From: a virus
Lineage: Duplodnaviria; Caudoviricetes
Virus record (IMG/VR): IMGVR_UViG_3300021387_001147
Coordinates: 23,961 to 87,960 of that record
Direction: 5' to 3' (one strand)
Length of the DNA: 64,000 nucleotides
How positions within the stretch are numbered: position 1 is the first letter of the stretch; the number at the start of each line of letters is the position of its first letter. A model generated the notes under the pieces. It saw only the letters and a program-made list of their open reading frames with translations, ran no database searches and was not told the origin of the DNA. Shown in pieces: positions 29,171-38,155 of the stretch. The position numbers were made by a program, and so were the translations under genes.

Positions 29171-29344
29171 ATGACTAGTTTACTTATGATTGCACTTTGT
29201 TGCGTGATTCTGGCGGTATTGCTGCCTATTTTAGGAGCAATCTTTCAGGTTATTGCGCCTGTGTTAGCAGTAATAATAATCGTTATATTTGTCCCTCTGG
29301 CAATTGGAATCATTGTCGGACGGATTTCAAATAGAAAGGAGTGA
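29171..29344 (+). CDS. 57-aa very hydrophobic protein
   Basis: Not in ORF track; RBS aaggagga; MTSLLMIALCCVILAVLLPIL... Confidence 0.7.
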   Translation: MTSLLMIALCCVILAVLLPILGAIFQVIAPVLAVIIIVIFVPLAIGIIVGRISNRKE

Positions 29345-29433
29345 TATTGAAGGGGATCTATTACAGGTCCCCACAATTTTTACAACTCCTTTAATGAAAC
29401 ATTCTTAAATGATACTTTAAAGGAGGATTAATT

Positions 29434-29730
29434 ATGTATTATAGTTACAAACAAGCATTAAAAGATCTATTTGAGATAGGCGAAAAGGACCTGTGGGTAG
29501 TTCGTGCTTTCACTGAGAACGATGTAGCAGGTACTGAGGTGTTCTCTATTTATGGAACGAAAAAAGAAGCCAAAGCCTATATTAAGAGTGTAAGAAATTA
29601 TTATAAAACAAGTAGATTTTATGAGTTTCTTAGAGAAAATATAGTGACTGGCTCTTTTAGAGTCAAAGAAGTAGGAACGAACAATATACTGCTGAATAAA
29701 TTTCAGTTAATTCACGAAAGAGCTGCATAG
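29434..29730 (+). CDS. Small cassette protein
   Basis: RBS aaggagga. Confidence 0.65.
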   Translation: MYYSYKQALKDLFEIGEKDLWVVRAFTENDVAGTEVFSIYGTKKEAKAYIKSVRNYYKTSRFYEFLRENIVTGSFRVKEVGTNNILLNKFQLIHERAA

Positions 29731-29812
29731 GCTCTTTTTTTTCTGCTTGAGTATTTTCGCAATTAATACACTCCTTATAATGAAATACTTATTAAATTAA
29801 GGAGGTTCGACT

Positions 29813-29959
29813 ATGAAAAGATTATTGAAATGGATGGCAAAAGTAATACTTGAGGCAGCACTCGAAACTGTTTGGGGAATGATTGGTGCTGTAGTAATAC
29901 TTGTATCACTTGGCAAGATATTTGAATTCATAGAAAGGAGGACTAATAAGAGTAAGTAA
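29813..29959 (+). CDS. 48-aa membrane peptide
   Basis: Not in ORF track; RBS aaggagg. Confidence 0.6.
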   Translation: MKRLLKWMAKVILEAALETVWGMIGAVVILVSLGKIFEFIERRTNKSK

Positions 29960-30073
29960 TTCGAAGGAGATGCTGGACGAATGATATTTACATCTGGCAT
30001 TTCCTTTCGCATTTTTTACACTTCTTATAATGAATCAATAGCGATTCGTTTTCAGAAAAGGAGGAAAAATAAT

Positions 30074-30139
30074 ATGTTTACAATCGGCGTTGTATTGATT
30101 TGTGCTGGATTGATCCTGTTAGTAATGGATCATAAATAA
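30074..30139 (+). CDS. 21-aa hydrophobic peptide MFTIGVVLICAGLILLVMDHK
   Basis: Own promoter motif, RBS aaaggagga. Confidence 0.55.
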   Translation: MFTIGVVLICAGLILLVMDHK

Positions 30140-30220
30140 CAACTGAATCGACATAACTAAGATGGGGACAGGATTATCTTGTCCTCTCTTTCTTTTTTCT
30201 TTTTGAAAGGAGGATTATAT

Positions 30221-30652
30221 TTGAAAGGCTACACTATTTGTCCTGGATTTGGCAAGGCGTTTAAGAGAATTCGAGATCGCTATGGCATGACCATGAAGCA
30301 ATTCGGAAAGACACTCGGCATATCATCGTCGACTTGTCATAGGTACGAGCATGAAATAGCAAAAAGAATACCAGAGGACGTGTATAATAGCTTACTTGCA
30401 CTCGCTATGTATCCGGAAGATACTAATCTATTATATTCTCTTGTAAACGAAGATGACAGCATAGATGAAGAAATGCTCAGACTTCAAGGAATTATTGATC
30501 AATTAACGGAAGAAAACAAACATTTAAAAGCGCTACTTACTGAAAAATGGATTAAGGAATGGGAAGCACAGAACAGATTATACGAGATTACCAAAAATCA
30601 CAGGAAAGGCATAGAAGACTATTTACCTGAAGCATTTAGAATAAAAGAATGA
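30221..30652 (+). CDS. XRE HTH protein with coiled coil
   Basis: KRIRDRYGMTMKQFGKTLGISSSTCHRYE; TTG start after aggagg. Confidence 0.75.
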   Translation: MKGYTICPGFGKAFKRIRDRYGMTMKQFGKTLGISSSTCHRYEHEIAKRIPEDVYNSLLALAMYPEDTNLLYSLVNEDDSIDEEMLRLQGIIDQLTEENKHLKALLTEKWIKEWEAQNRLYEITKNHRKGIEDYLPEAFRIKE

Positions 30653-30694
30653 TTCGTATTTTCAATCACATTAATGAAGAGGGGAGCATAAAAA

Positions 30695-31015
30695 ATGGCA
30701 CTTGTAGATAAAAATGAAATGATGGAACTTGGCAAATACTTTATTAATGGCATCGCTTACGGTGGATCTGATCCAGTTAAGGATTATATCCTGAAAGATA
30801 AGCCGTCAATTAAACAGAAGCTTGAGACTAAAGCAACTCTTCTGAAATGCCTTAACACAGCTAAGAAGATGAAGGCAAAAGGTGCTGATCGTAATGACAT
30901 GCTGGATGCACTCACTTATGCTTATATTTTGCTTGAAACCGAAGAGCACACTATGGATCTTGGAAGAGCTAAGGCTGACTTTAGAATGGATGAGATTCAG
31001 AGGAAGTATACTTAA
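30695..31015 (+). CDS. Stand-alone paralog of phage RNAP helical module (copy 4)
   Basis: MKAKGADRNDM...ETEEHTMDLGRAKADFRMDEIQRKYT. Confidence 0.6.
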   Translation: MALVDKNEMMELGKYFINGIAYGGSDPVKDYILKDKPSIKQKLETKATLLKCLNTAKKMKAKGADRNDMLDALTYAYILLETEEHTMDLGRAKADFRMDEIQRKYT

Positions 31016-31075
31016 ACTGTTTGAGTGTAACGAAAATCTTATGAAGTATTCATGATATTTCTAGGGAGGAAGTTT

Positions 31076-31498
31076 ATGAGCATTGATTTGAGTACTTTAA
31101 ATGATGTTGAACTTAATGAATTGTTTAAATCTATCAAGCAAGAAAAAGAACTTAGATCTAACCCTTTACGATACAAGAGCGGAATAACTAATCTTGTCAC
31201 GAAAAATGAAAGCACCTTCTTGAAGTATATTGCAGAGCTTAATAAGTGCATGGGAGATGATATTCCGGAAGAAAAATTAAGTCATTATTACGAAAATTAT
31301 AGAGATCTCGAAAAATCATGTTTAAAGATCTGTGATATAACACTTGGTAACTATAAAGCCCATATCAATTCTTTAGGCTCTATTAAACGAGGATGTAACG
31401 GTTCAATGATAGAACTTCCTGATCCTTCAGAATACGCTGAAATGTATCAGGAGCTGTTCGAAGTGATCGATAAGCATTTGTTTAAAGAAGTCGAATGA
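31076..31498 (+). CDS. Hypothetical protein
   Basis: RBS gggagg. Confidence 0.65.
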   Translation: MSIDLSTLNDVELNELFKSIKQEKELRSNPLRYKSGITNLVTKNESTFLKYIAELNKCMGDDIPEEKLSHYYENYRDLEKSCLKICDITLGNYKAHINSLGSIKRGCNGSMIELPDPSEYAEMYQELFEVIDKHLFKEVE

Positions 31499-31571
31499 TA
31501 TTTCCGCAATTTTTACCTTTCGTATAATGAGACGATGTAGATCTCATTAATTTTTGAAAGGAGAAAGAATT

Positions 31572-31955
31572 ATGGAAAACGAGAAGATTATTAACTTTGA
31601 AGCACTTAAGAAACAGATTAAAATCGAAACTGCTAAAAGAAAGTTTAAAGAGGCAACAGACAAGGCAAAGCAGAAAGCCGGCGAAGTGTATTGCTGGGCA
31701 AAGGAACATCCTGCTGAAGCTGCTTCTCTTGGTGCATCTGCAGCTATTATCGCGAAGAAGACGATTGGCTACAGAGCTGTCAAGAAGGAGGAGTACAGAA
31801 GGAAGACGGAGTTCTTCGATCCACGAACAGGCAAATACGCCTTTTCGAAGAAGCCTCTTACAACTAAACAGCAGCTCGAAGCAGAAAGGAGGTACAAAGA
31901 AAATAGAAATACAACTTGGACCCAGGTTCTCTATGAAATGGGATTGTCTAAGTAG
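31572..31955 (+). CDS. Basic helix + hydrophobic segment protein
   Basis: WAKEHP then AASLGASAAII. Confidence 0.7.
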   Translation: MENEKIINFEALKKQIKIETAKRKFKEATDKAKQKAGEVYCWAKEHPAEAASLGASAAIIAKKTIGYRAVKKEEYRRKTEFFDPRTGKYAFSKKPLTTKQQLEAERRYKENRNTTWTQVLYEMGLSK

Positions 31956-31961
31956 TCTCAA

Positions 31962-31991
31962 AACCCTGTGGCAGAAATGTCATGGGGTTAT
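31962..31991 (+). terminator. Hairpin, identical 30-bp copy at 48691-48720
   Basis: aaccctgtggcagaaatgtcatggggttat. Confidence 0.7.
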
Positions 31992-32102
31992 ATTTTTCTG
32001 TTTGAACGTAGTGAAAACTGGCGAGTGTAATGAGCGCGAAAGGAGAAATCTAATTAGGCTATCAATTTTGCTCGAATATTATGAGAAAAAAGGAGGCTTA
32101 AG

Positions 32103-32342
32103 ATGAAGATTAATGTGACAGATGAAGGGAGAATTGAAGGGTATTTATCGACCTCTGAATACGCTGAATCAATTGGTGTAACTGTTGGAAATGTACGAAT
32201 GATGATCGAGAGAGGACAGATTACTCCGCTTCAGATTAGAGCTGGGACTGGTAAGAATCAGTGCTTCAATTTTATTAAGGAAGGAACACCTAAACCTACG
32301 AAGAGTATAAGGAGGACAAATGATGAGCTGCAAGTATTGTGA
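32103..32342 (+). CDS. Excisionase/MerR-like HTH protein
   Basis: YLSTSEYAESIGVTVGNVRMMIERGQI. Confidence 0.65.
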   Translation: MKINVTDEGRIEGYLSTSEYAESIGVTVGNVRMMIERGQITPLQIRAGTGKNQCFNFIKEGTPKPTKSIRRTNDELQVL

Positions 32343-32601
32343 TGACGTATTCACTGGTAACTGTTGCGATGATATTTTAACTGGAGATCTTCATATGGGA
32401 TCAGTTAAGGTTGGAGATATTTCTGTATTCATTACAGAGGATTGGAAAGAAGGCGATGCAATCCTTAAACTCTACGCTGAAGTAGCTGACACTCCGATCG
32501 TGAGAAAAGGAATTCCGATCAAGTTCTGTCCGTTCTGTGGTAAGAAGCTTATCATGCCTGCCAAAGCTCAGGAGGATTTCCGAAAGAGGTTTTGGTCATG
32601 A
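32320..32601 (+). CDS. Cys-rich small protein
   Basis: CKYC...FCPFCGKKL. Confidence 0.6.
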   Translation: MMSCKYCDDVFTGNCCDDILTGDLHMGSVKVGDISVFITEDWKEGDAILKLYAEVADTPIVRKGIPIKFCPFCGKKLIMPAKAQEDFRKRFWS

Positions 32602-32828
32602 GTAGCTATAAACCGAAGCAGATCTCAGTATTAAAGAGGGCAAAATTCCCGTGTAAAGACTGCAGCGACAGACACACAGGATGCCATGATGAATGCATGA
32701 AGTATAAGGAAAGCATTGATAGATTTCACAATGCAAAAGGCGAAAACGAATCTGTTTACAAGGATCTCTATAAAGGAATTTATAGGGGTCCTTCTATTTA
32801 TTATGGAACAAGTAGGAGGTATAAATGA
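32592..32828 (+). CDS. Cys/His-rich small protein (paralog of 39060)
   Basis: PCKDCSDRHTGCHDEC. Confidence 0.6.
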   Translation: MVMSSYKPKQISVLKRAKFPCKDCSDRHTGCHDECMKYKESIDRFHNAKGENESVYKDLYKGIYRGPSIYYGTSRRYK

Positions 32829-33388
32829 AACGAACAATCATAAGCTGGATTATAGGAGTTATATTTGGGATCATTGGATGCATTGCCGCAATCGCAGGAG
32901 TATTTAAGAAACTTTGCAATAGCATGCTTATTAGAGAGGAGATCATTTCATCGATTAAGAGCATTATCACTATAGCTTTGTTTGGTTCAAAGAGGGTTAC
33001 ATACGCTAACTCGTACACAGGCAAACCTAACAAGTATTCGGCATCATACTATTATATTAATGACGCTGTTCGTAGGGTTGAAGAAGTTAAGTTTGATAAT
33101 CATAAGATAGCAGTCGAAATGATCTACGACATTAGGGATATGCTGAATAAATGCGGAGGCAGGATCACCGTAGAGGAAGTTTTAGACATTATATACGGAG
33201 GTACGAATCACACTGAAAAGTATCTTGATAAGCTGTTCGGCTGGGATTCTCCAGACTCATTCAAGATAGGAACAACAGGGTTTTCTGAAAACAGTAAGTA
33301 TTATATTTATGTAGCAGATAAACCGCACAAACTTGAGGAGGATGATAGTTATGTACAAGCAAGTGCCACTGAAGTGCAAAGACAGTAG
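32825..33388 (+). CDS. TM-anchored protein related to the 38156 family
   Basis: N-terminal TM; I..ML...GGRITV.EV...FGW. Confidence 0.55.
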   Translation: MKRTIISWIIGVIFGIIGCIAAIAGVFKKLCNSMLIREEIISSIKSIITIALFGSKRVTYANSYTGKPNKYSASYYYINDAVRRVEEVKFDNHKIAVEMIYDIRDMLNKCGGRITVEEVLDIIYGGTNHTEKYLDKLFGWDSPDSFKIGTTGFSENSKYYIYVADKPHKLEEDDSYVQASATEVQRQ

Positions 33389-33599
33389 AAAGTGTTTCGG
33401 CAAGGCTGAAAAGCTGTTGAGTGGAAGAAAGAAGGATTATATTTGCAGAATCCTTCTTGAGAATTATGGAAGTAAAGGATATGAAGATGGAGCTTGTCCT
33501 TTCTGTAAACCGATTCAGGACGTAACTAATGGTAAAGTGTACAGTAAAATGACAGCTCAGTACAAATAAATCAGATCAATTGAATAAAGGAGAAAGATT

Positions 33600-33818
33600 A
33601 TGTCGACTTTAAAGATTTACGATTTCACGAAAAGAAACCAGTGGGAAAACTTCAAGAGAAGGATGACAACTCCTAACGAAAAGAAAATTGTTGAGTATTT
33701 CGAGCTCATGGAAAAGCAGATCAATCTCTTAACAGCTTACATTCATAACATGGAAGTTCAGCAGGCTAAGGAAGCCCTGGAAGCCATGATTGATGATAAG
33801 AAGGAGGAAGAATCATGA
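33600..33818 (+). CDS. Small helical protein
   Basis: RBS aaaggag. Confidence 0.6.
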   Translation: MSTLKIYDFTKRNQWENFKRRMTTPNEKKIVEYFELMEKQINLLTAYIHNMEVQQAKEALEAMIDDKKEEES

Positions 33819-34663
33819 ATATCGGACGGATATTTAAATCAGCTATCAGATCGGCGAAAGATCATTCAGGTACTATCTGTGCTGTTACTGCTATGGCTGG
33901 CGTTGTAGCTACTGCTATTTTTTCAGGTAAGGCAGCTGTAAGGGCTGATCACGAAATTGATTGCGATATGACAAGAAAAGAGCGAGCCAAAGTATACGCC
34001 AGATGTTACTGGAAGACCGCAGCTGTTGGTGCTGCTACATGTGGACTTATATTTGGCAGCGATAGAATTCATGTGAGAAAAGAAGTTGGGCTTGCTGGTC
34101 TTGCAGCACTCTGGAAAAGCAAGTATGTAGATCTTGATAAGGCAACACTTGAGACTGTTGGAGAGGAGAAGTATAAGGAGATTCAGAAGACAGTTATCGA
34201 GAACAAGATCAAAGAGAACCCGAATATTCCTGAGAGACCTGCAAACGCAACTGCTGATACGATTCTTGTGTATGAACCGTATACAGATCAGTATATTTGG
34301 ACGACAAGAGAGCAAATCTGGTATGCACTTTATGAAGCTAACTTAAGACTTCAAAAGGATGGTGAAGTTAAGCTGTCTGTTATCATCGATTATCTCGGTG
34401 GTGAATGGGATCCGATGGGAGACATGATAGGTTGGAATTACGATAACGAAGTCCAGGCAGAAGCATGGAGCTATTATGATGGAGGAATTGAATTGCTTTC
34501 AGATGTGTATAGAAGGGTCGAGGACAAAGGTGAACCAATACCGACTTCATATGTAAAGAAAGGCGACCAAGTAAGTCCTGGTGATGCAATTTGCCTATTC
34601 TATACTGTTGATCCGGAGACTCAGACGCCAGAAGATATGATCTATTTTGATAATGATAAGTAA
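33815..34663 (+). CDS. DUF6353-like family protein (paralog 1)
   Basis: KDHSGTICAVTAMAGVVATA...YARCYWKT...IGW; family name recalled, not searched. Confidence 0.6.
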   Translation: MNIGRIFKSAIRSAKDHSGTICAVTAMAGVVATAIFSGKAAVRADHEIDCDMTRKERAKVYARCYWKTAAVGAATCGLIFGSDRIHVRKEVGLAGLAALWKSKYVDLDKATLETVGEEKYKEIQKTVIENKIKENPNIPERPANATADTILVYEPYTDQYIWTTREQIWYALYEANLRLQKDGEVKLSVIIDYLGGEWDPMGDMIGWNYDNEVQAEAWSYYDGGIELLSDVYRRVEDKGEPIPTSYVKKGDQVSPGDAICLFYTVDPETQTPEDMIYFDNDK

Positions 34664-34678
34664 AGGAGGATTATATGC

Positions 34679-35452
34679 ATGGCAAACTGCTATAAGACCA
34701 AGAAAAAGGAAGAACGCAGAGAAAAGTTATATTTGTTTCTGAGAAAAAACCCCGGGAAGGAATTTTCCTGGAAACAATTGAGTCCAGTCCTTAATGTGAA
34801 ATACAATGCAATTTGTCGTGATATGGATGCACTCACTGAAGAATATGGAGATATAGTAAGAACCAGCATTGGGATCATGTACAATGGGAAGATTATCATG
34901 GAGGAAAATAAAGACAGGTATCCTATCACGAAGAACAATGAGGGATATTCTGATCCAACTGCTGCTGCAACACTTATCAAGGAGCAGAAGGAAGAGTCTA
35001 GACAGCAGGATCAAAGGAAAGAGATTACTAACCCTAAGCCAAGTGAAGTCTGGCATGTGGCAAGATCGGATGGCAAGGACGATGATATTCTGTTAGTGCT
35101 TGCTGTTGATACTGACAAGAGATTTGCTACATGCTGCCCCTATTGTATAGAATCTGTAGGTGCTCCTTCTGAATACAATAGGCTTTTCACGAAGCCTCTT
35201 AAATACTTCAAAACGAAAGCTTGGGGAATGCCTTTGTCTGTTATGATTGAGACTCGCAATGCTCTTCGCGAATACTTCGAAATTGATCCTGAACTTATTG
35301 AAGTCGAAAAGATCGTAGAGAAGCCTGTTACTGTAGATGCTCCGGCTGTTACAACTGACAAATTATATTCTCAGCTTGAAATGGATGCTGCAATTGCCAG
35401 AGTGAAAGCCGATGCATATGAGGAATGCTTCAAGGCTCTTGCAAGGAGATAA
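34679..35452 (+). CDS. HTH-containing protein
   Basis: N-terminal winged HTH, KNNEGYSDPTA motif. Confidence 0.55.
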   Translation: MANCYKTKKKEERREKLYLFLRKNPGKEFSWKQLSPVLNVKYNAICRDMDALTEEYGDIVRTSIGIMYNGKIIMEENKDRYPITKNNEGYSDPTAAATLIKEQKEESRQQDQRKEITNPKPSEVWHVARSDGKDDDILLVLAVDTDKRFATCCPYCIESVGAPSEYNRLFTKPLKYFKTKAWGMPLSVMIETRNALREYFEIDPELIEVEKIVEKPVTVDAPAVTTDKLYSQLEMDAAIARVKADAYEECFKALARR

Positions 35453-35551
35453 TTCGCAAAAATTTCATATCACATAATGAGTCGGAGAAATCCGGCTTTT
35501 GTTTTTCATGTAGTTATATCTTTGAAGCTATTATCAAGAAAGGAGAAAAGG

Positions 35552-36400
35552 ATGAATCTTGGTAAGGTACTAAAATCAACCGGCAAGTCGATACTTGGAT
35601 TTGCCAATAAGAACTCGCACATCATAAGTGGATGCGCTGCAATTGCAGGGGTAGCTGTTACGGCTATCCTTGCATATAAGTCATATCCGAAAGTGAATAG
35701 AATTATCGAAGATCAGAAAGAAAAGATGGATGAGCTCGATGAAGTAGTTAATATTCCGGAAGAAGAGCTCAAGAGATGTCGTCGTGAGATCACTGTTGAT
35801 ACATGTAAGAGTCTTGCTCCAGCACTTGCACCCGCTATCGTGAGTGGTATTGCTACATGCTCCCTCATGGGATTCTCTATTATATCTGGTAATAAGAAGA
35901 TTGCGGCTGCTACGAGTCTTGCTGCTTTATACGAAACGGCAAACAGAGAGATCTTAAACAAGACAAAAGAGCTCGTTGGCGAAGAAAAGGCTGAGGAGAT
36001 TAGACAGGAGGCACTAAAAGAAGAAGTCAAGAATAAATTCTGTGATATTTCAGAAGAAGAGATGGAACAGATAATCATGCAGGCAGATGGCGGAGATACC
36101 TGGTTCTATGATCCGAATATTGGAAGGCCATTCAAGTCTGATGTGGAGACAATTCAAAGAGCTTGCATGAGTCTAACTAAGAGGCTGATTAGTGGTCAGG
36201 AACCGTATATAGACTATAATGACTTTCAATCAGCAATAGGTCTTCCGCAGACAATGTTTGGATCATTGGTGGCATGGGGAGGCACTTCACCAGCACGGGA
36301 GATTGAACCGAATCTTAATAACACAATCAGAATTGGTGAAAAAGCCATGATCATTCTTGATTGGTACACAAGACCGACATCACAATATAGAAATCTCTGA
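35552..36400 (+). CDS. DUF6353-like family protein (paralog 2)
   Basis: KNSHIISGCAAIAGVAVTA...FYDPNIGRPFKSD...AW. Confidence 0.65.
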   Translation: MNLGKVLKSTGKSILGFANKNSHIISGCAAIAGVAVTAILAYKSYPKVNRIIEDQKEKMDELDEVVNIPEEELKRCRREITVDTCKSLAPALAPAIVSGIATCSLMGFSIISGNKKIAAATSLAALYETANREILNKTKELVGEEKAEEIRQEALKEEVKNKFCDISEEEMEQIIMQADGGDTWFYDPNIGRPFKSDVETIQRACMSLTKRLISGQEPYIDYNDFQSAIGLPQTMFGSLVAWGGTSPAREIEPNLNNTIRIGEKAMIILDWYTRPTSQYRNL

Positions 36401-36907
36401 ACAGTAGAAATCGTAACGGAAGGGGGTGATTGTATTCTATGGACTTTTTAAAGTGTCCTAAATGCGGACGTTACATGATCCCCTATATCGTTACGACAGA
36501 TAAAACGCATTATAGATGTGTATGCGGGTATGATACAGCAAAGAATAAGATTATATTTTGGAGGTGGATTTTTGACTAGTCTTGGAAATTGGAAAGATCT
36601 CGTTGATTTCGTTCAAACACTTCAGAAAGCTGAAAAAGAGCTTAGAAACAGGAGATTTATTAAGGAAGCTAATGCAGTTAAGGATTCTTACAAGATTATC
36701 CTTTTGATAGCCGATGAGATGAATAAGGAGGGAGAGAATGGCTAATTATATTCTGAAGGATGACGACAATAAAGTTGTAGATGAATGCGCTGATTGCGAT
36801 TACAGCCAGTTCGATTATACATCTAAAAAATGGATCTGTATTTCCGATGATCCGTGCGATGCAGCACTTAGCGTTAAGCATATTAAAGAAAACAGAAGGA
36901 GGAAAAA

Positions 36908-37288
36908 GTGATGGCAGCTACTATCACAGTTGAGAAGAAAGACGAAAGATCTAAGCTTCAGAAGGCTAAAGACTTCGCTATTAAGTATCGCTATGGTATT
37001 ATCGGAGGAGCAACGGCCGGAGTATTATATTTCCTGTGGTTTAAAAGTGGATGGAACACTAAGGCTAAAGTCGATTTGAATATATTCAATGAATCTCTTC
37101 CTGCTATTGTCGAGAAAAGTGGACGAATAGGAGCATTCAGCTTTTATGATTGGATGGCTGAAAGAGTACCGGAGGCATTAAAGCTTTGTGATGAGTTCAG
37201 TGACAAGCATCCGGAGCTTTCGAATATTCGTGATTATTTTATGAAAAATGAAGAGATTATGAAGACTCTTGAGGTCTGCAAAAAGTAA
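36908..37288 (+). CDS. Basic helix + single TM protein
   Basis: KAKDFAIKYRYGIIGGATAGVLYFLW. Confidence 0.65.
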   Translation: MMAATITVEKKDERSKLQKAKDFAIKYRYGIIGGATAGVLYFLWFKSGWNTKAKVDLNIFNESLPAIVEKSGRIGAFSFYDWMAERVPEALKLCDEFSDKHPELSNIRDYFMKNEEIMKTLEVCKK

Positions 37289-37352
37289 CTATCGCAAAAA
37301 TTACACTTGTTATAGTAGAACCTAAAGTTCAACAATTATATTTCAGGAGGAA

Positions 37353-37598
37353 ATGAAAATGAACAACGAAGAAAACAAGGTTGTAGAAAACACAGAAGAA
37401 ACTGTAGAAGAGATCAAAGAAGAAGGAAAATTCAAGAAGGGCCTTAAGACTGTCTGGAAGTACACGAAGAAAGCTATTCCGGCTGTAGCAGCTGGCGTTG
37501 GCTGCTTCGTACTTGGCAGACTCTCAAAAGGGGCTGTTGATGTTCCTGATGAGATCAAAGAAGCAGTTGAGACTGTAACCGAGAACGTAACTGAGTGA
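37353..37598 (+). CDS. Acidic/basic + single TM protein
   Basis: KKGLKTVWKY..AIPAVAAGVGCFVLG. Confidence 0.7.
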   Translation: MKMNNEENKVVENTEETVEEIKEEGKFKKGLKTVWKYTKKAIPAVAAGVGCFVLGRLSKGAVDVPDEIKEAVETVTENVTE

Positions 37599-37700
37599 TA
37601 TTTGATTACAACTGAATATGGAACTATTGGTTTGGTGAAGATAAAAGCTTCAGGCAGAAATGTCTGGGGCTTTTGATTTTCTAAATAAGGAGGAATAGAC

Positions 37701-38009
37701 TTGAGTAAAGATTATATTTCATTGATTAGCTTTTCAGTAATGATGTGCGGTGGTGTAGCGCTTAGAGATATCACAAATAGGACTATGAAGGAGCTTCCTC
37801 ACTCGCATGGACTTATGACTATGATTGGAAGATCGGCTATTAGAGCAGGTGCATTCGTAACTGGTGCTAAGATTGCAGCTATTGGAGTGAAGTTCGTAGA
37901 AGAGATCACCGATTCATATGGCAGGAAGATCAAAGATAAAACAGAGGATTCCGTTGAGGTAGTTGAGGAAGAAGAGAATAAGGAGGAAGACAATGGAAGG
38001 GCAGAATGA
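37701..38009 (+). CDS. Small membrane-associated protein
   Basis: RBS aaggagga, TTG start. Confidence 0.6.
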   Translation: MSKDYISLISFSVMMCGGVALRDITNRTMKELPHSHGLMTMIGRSAIRAGAFVTGAKIAAIGVKFVEEITDSYGRKIKDKTEDSVEVVEEEENKEEDNGRAE

Positions 38010-38155
38010 GAGAGAAGTATTATATTCTCAGTATTGCAAGACCTGCAGACATGTGAATGTACCTGAGACAGAAGATCCGTGTAATGAATGTCTCACGTAT
38101 CCGTCGAATATAGATTCGCATAAACCTATCAATTACGAGAAAGGAGCAGCAAACA

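Larger units (their letters stand above)
18151..37316 (+). promoter_or_regulatory. Dispersed family of about 33 phage-specific promoter-like motifs, consensus (TT)CGCA-N5-WACA-N5-TAWWAT-RRAA; three more at about 48656, 49416 and 59836
   Basis: Hexamers at 18171, 18497, 18717, 19071, 20239, 20468, 20731, 21053, 21452, 22161, 22571, 23201, 23636, 24108, 24383, 25396, 26325, 26829, 27285, 27515, 27814, 28216, 28487, 28847, 29124, 29390, 29776, 30026, 31523, 35473, 37311, 49434, 59854. Confidence 0.85.

Noticed and set aside
18151-37316. CRISPR array interpretation of the recurring repeats
   Set aside because: Repeats are degenerate, spaced 200-1000 nt apart and separated by RBS-bearing ORFs; no cas operon.
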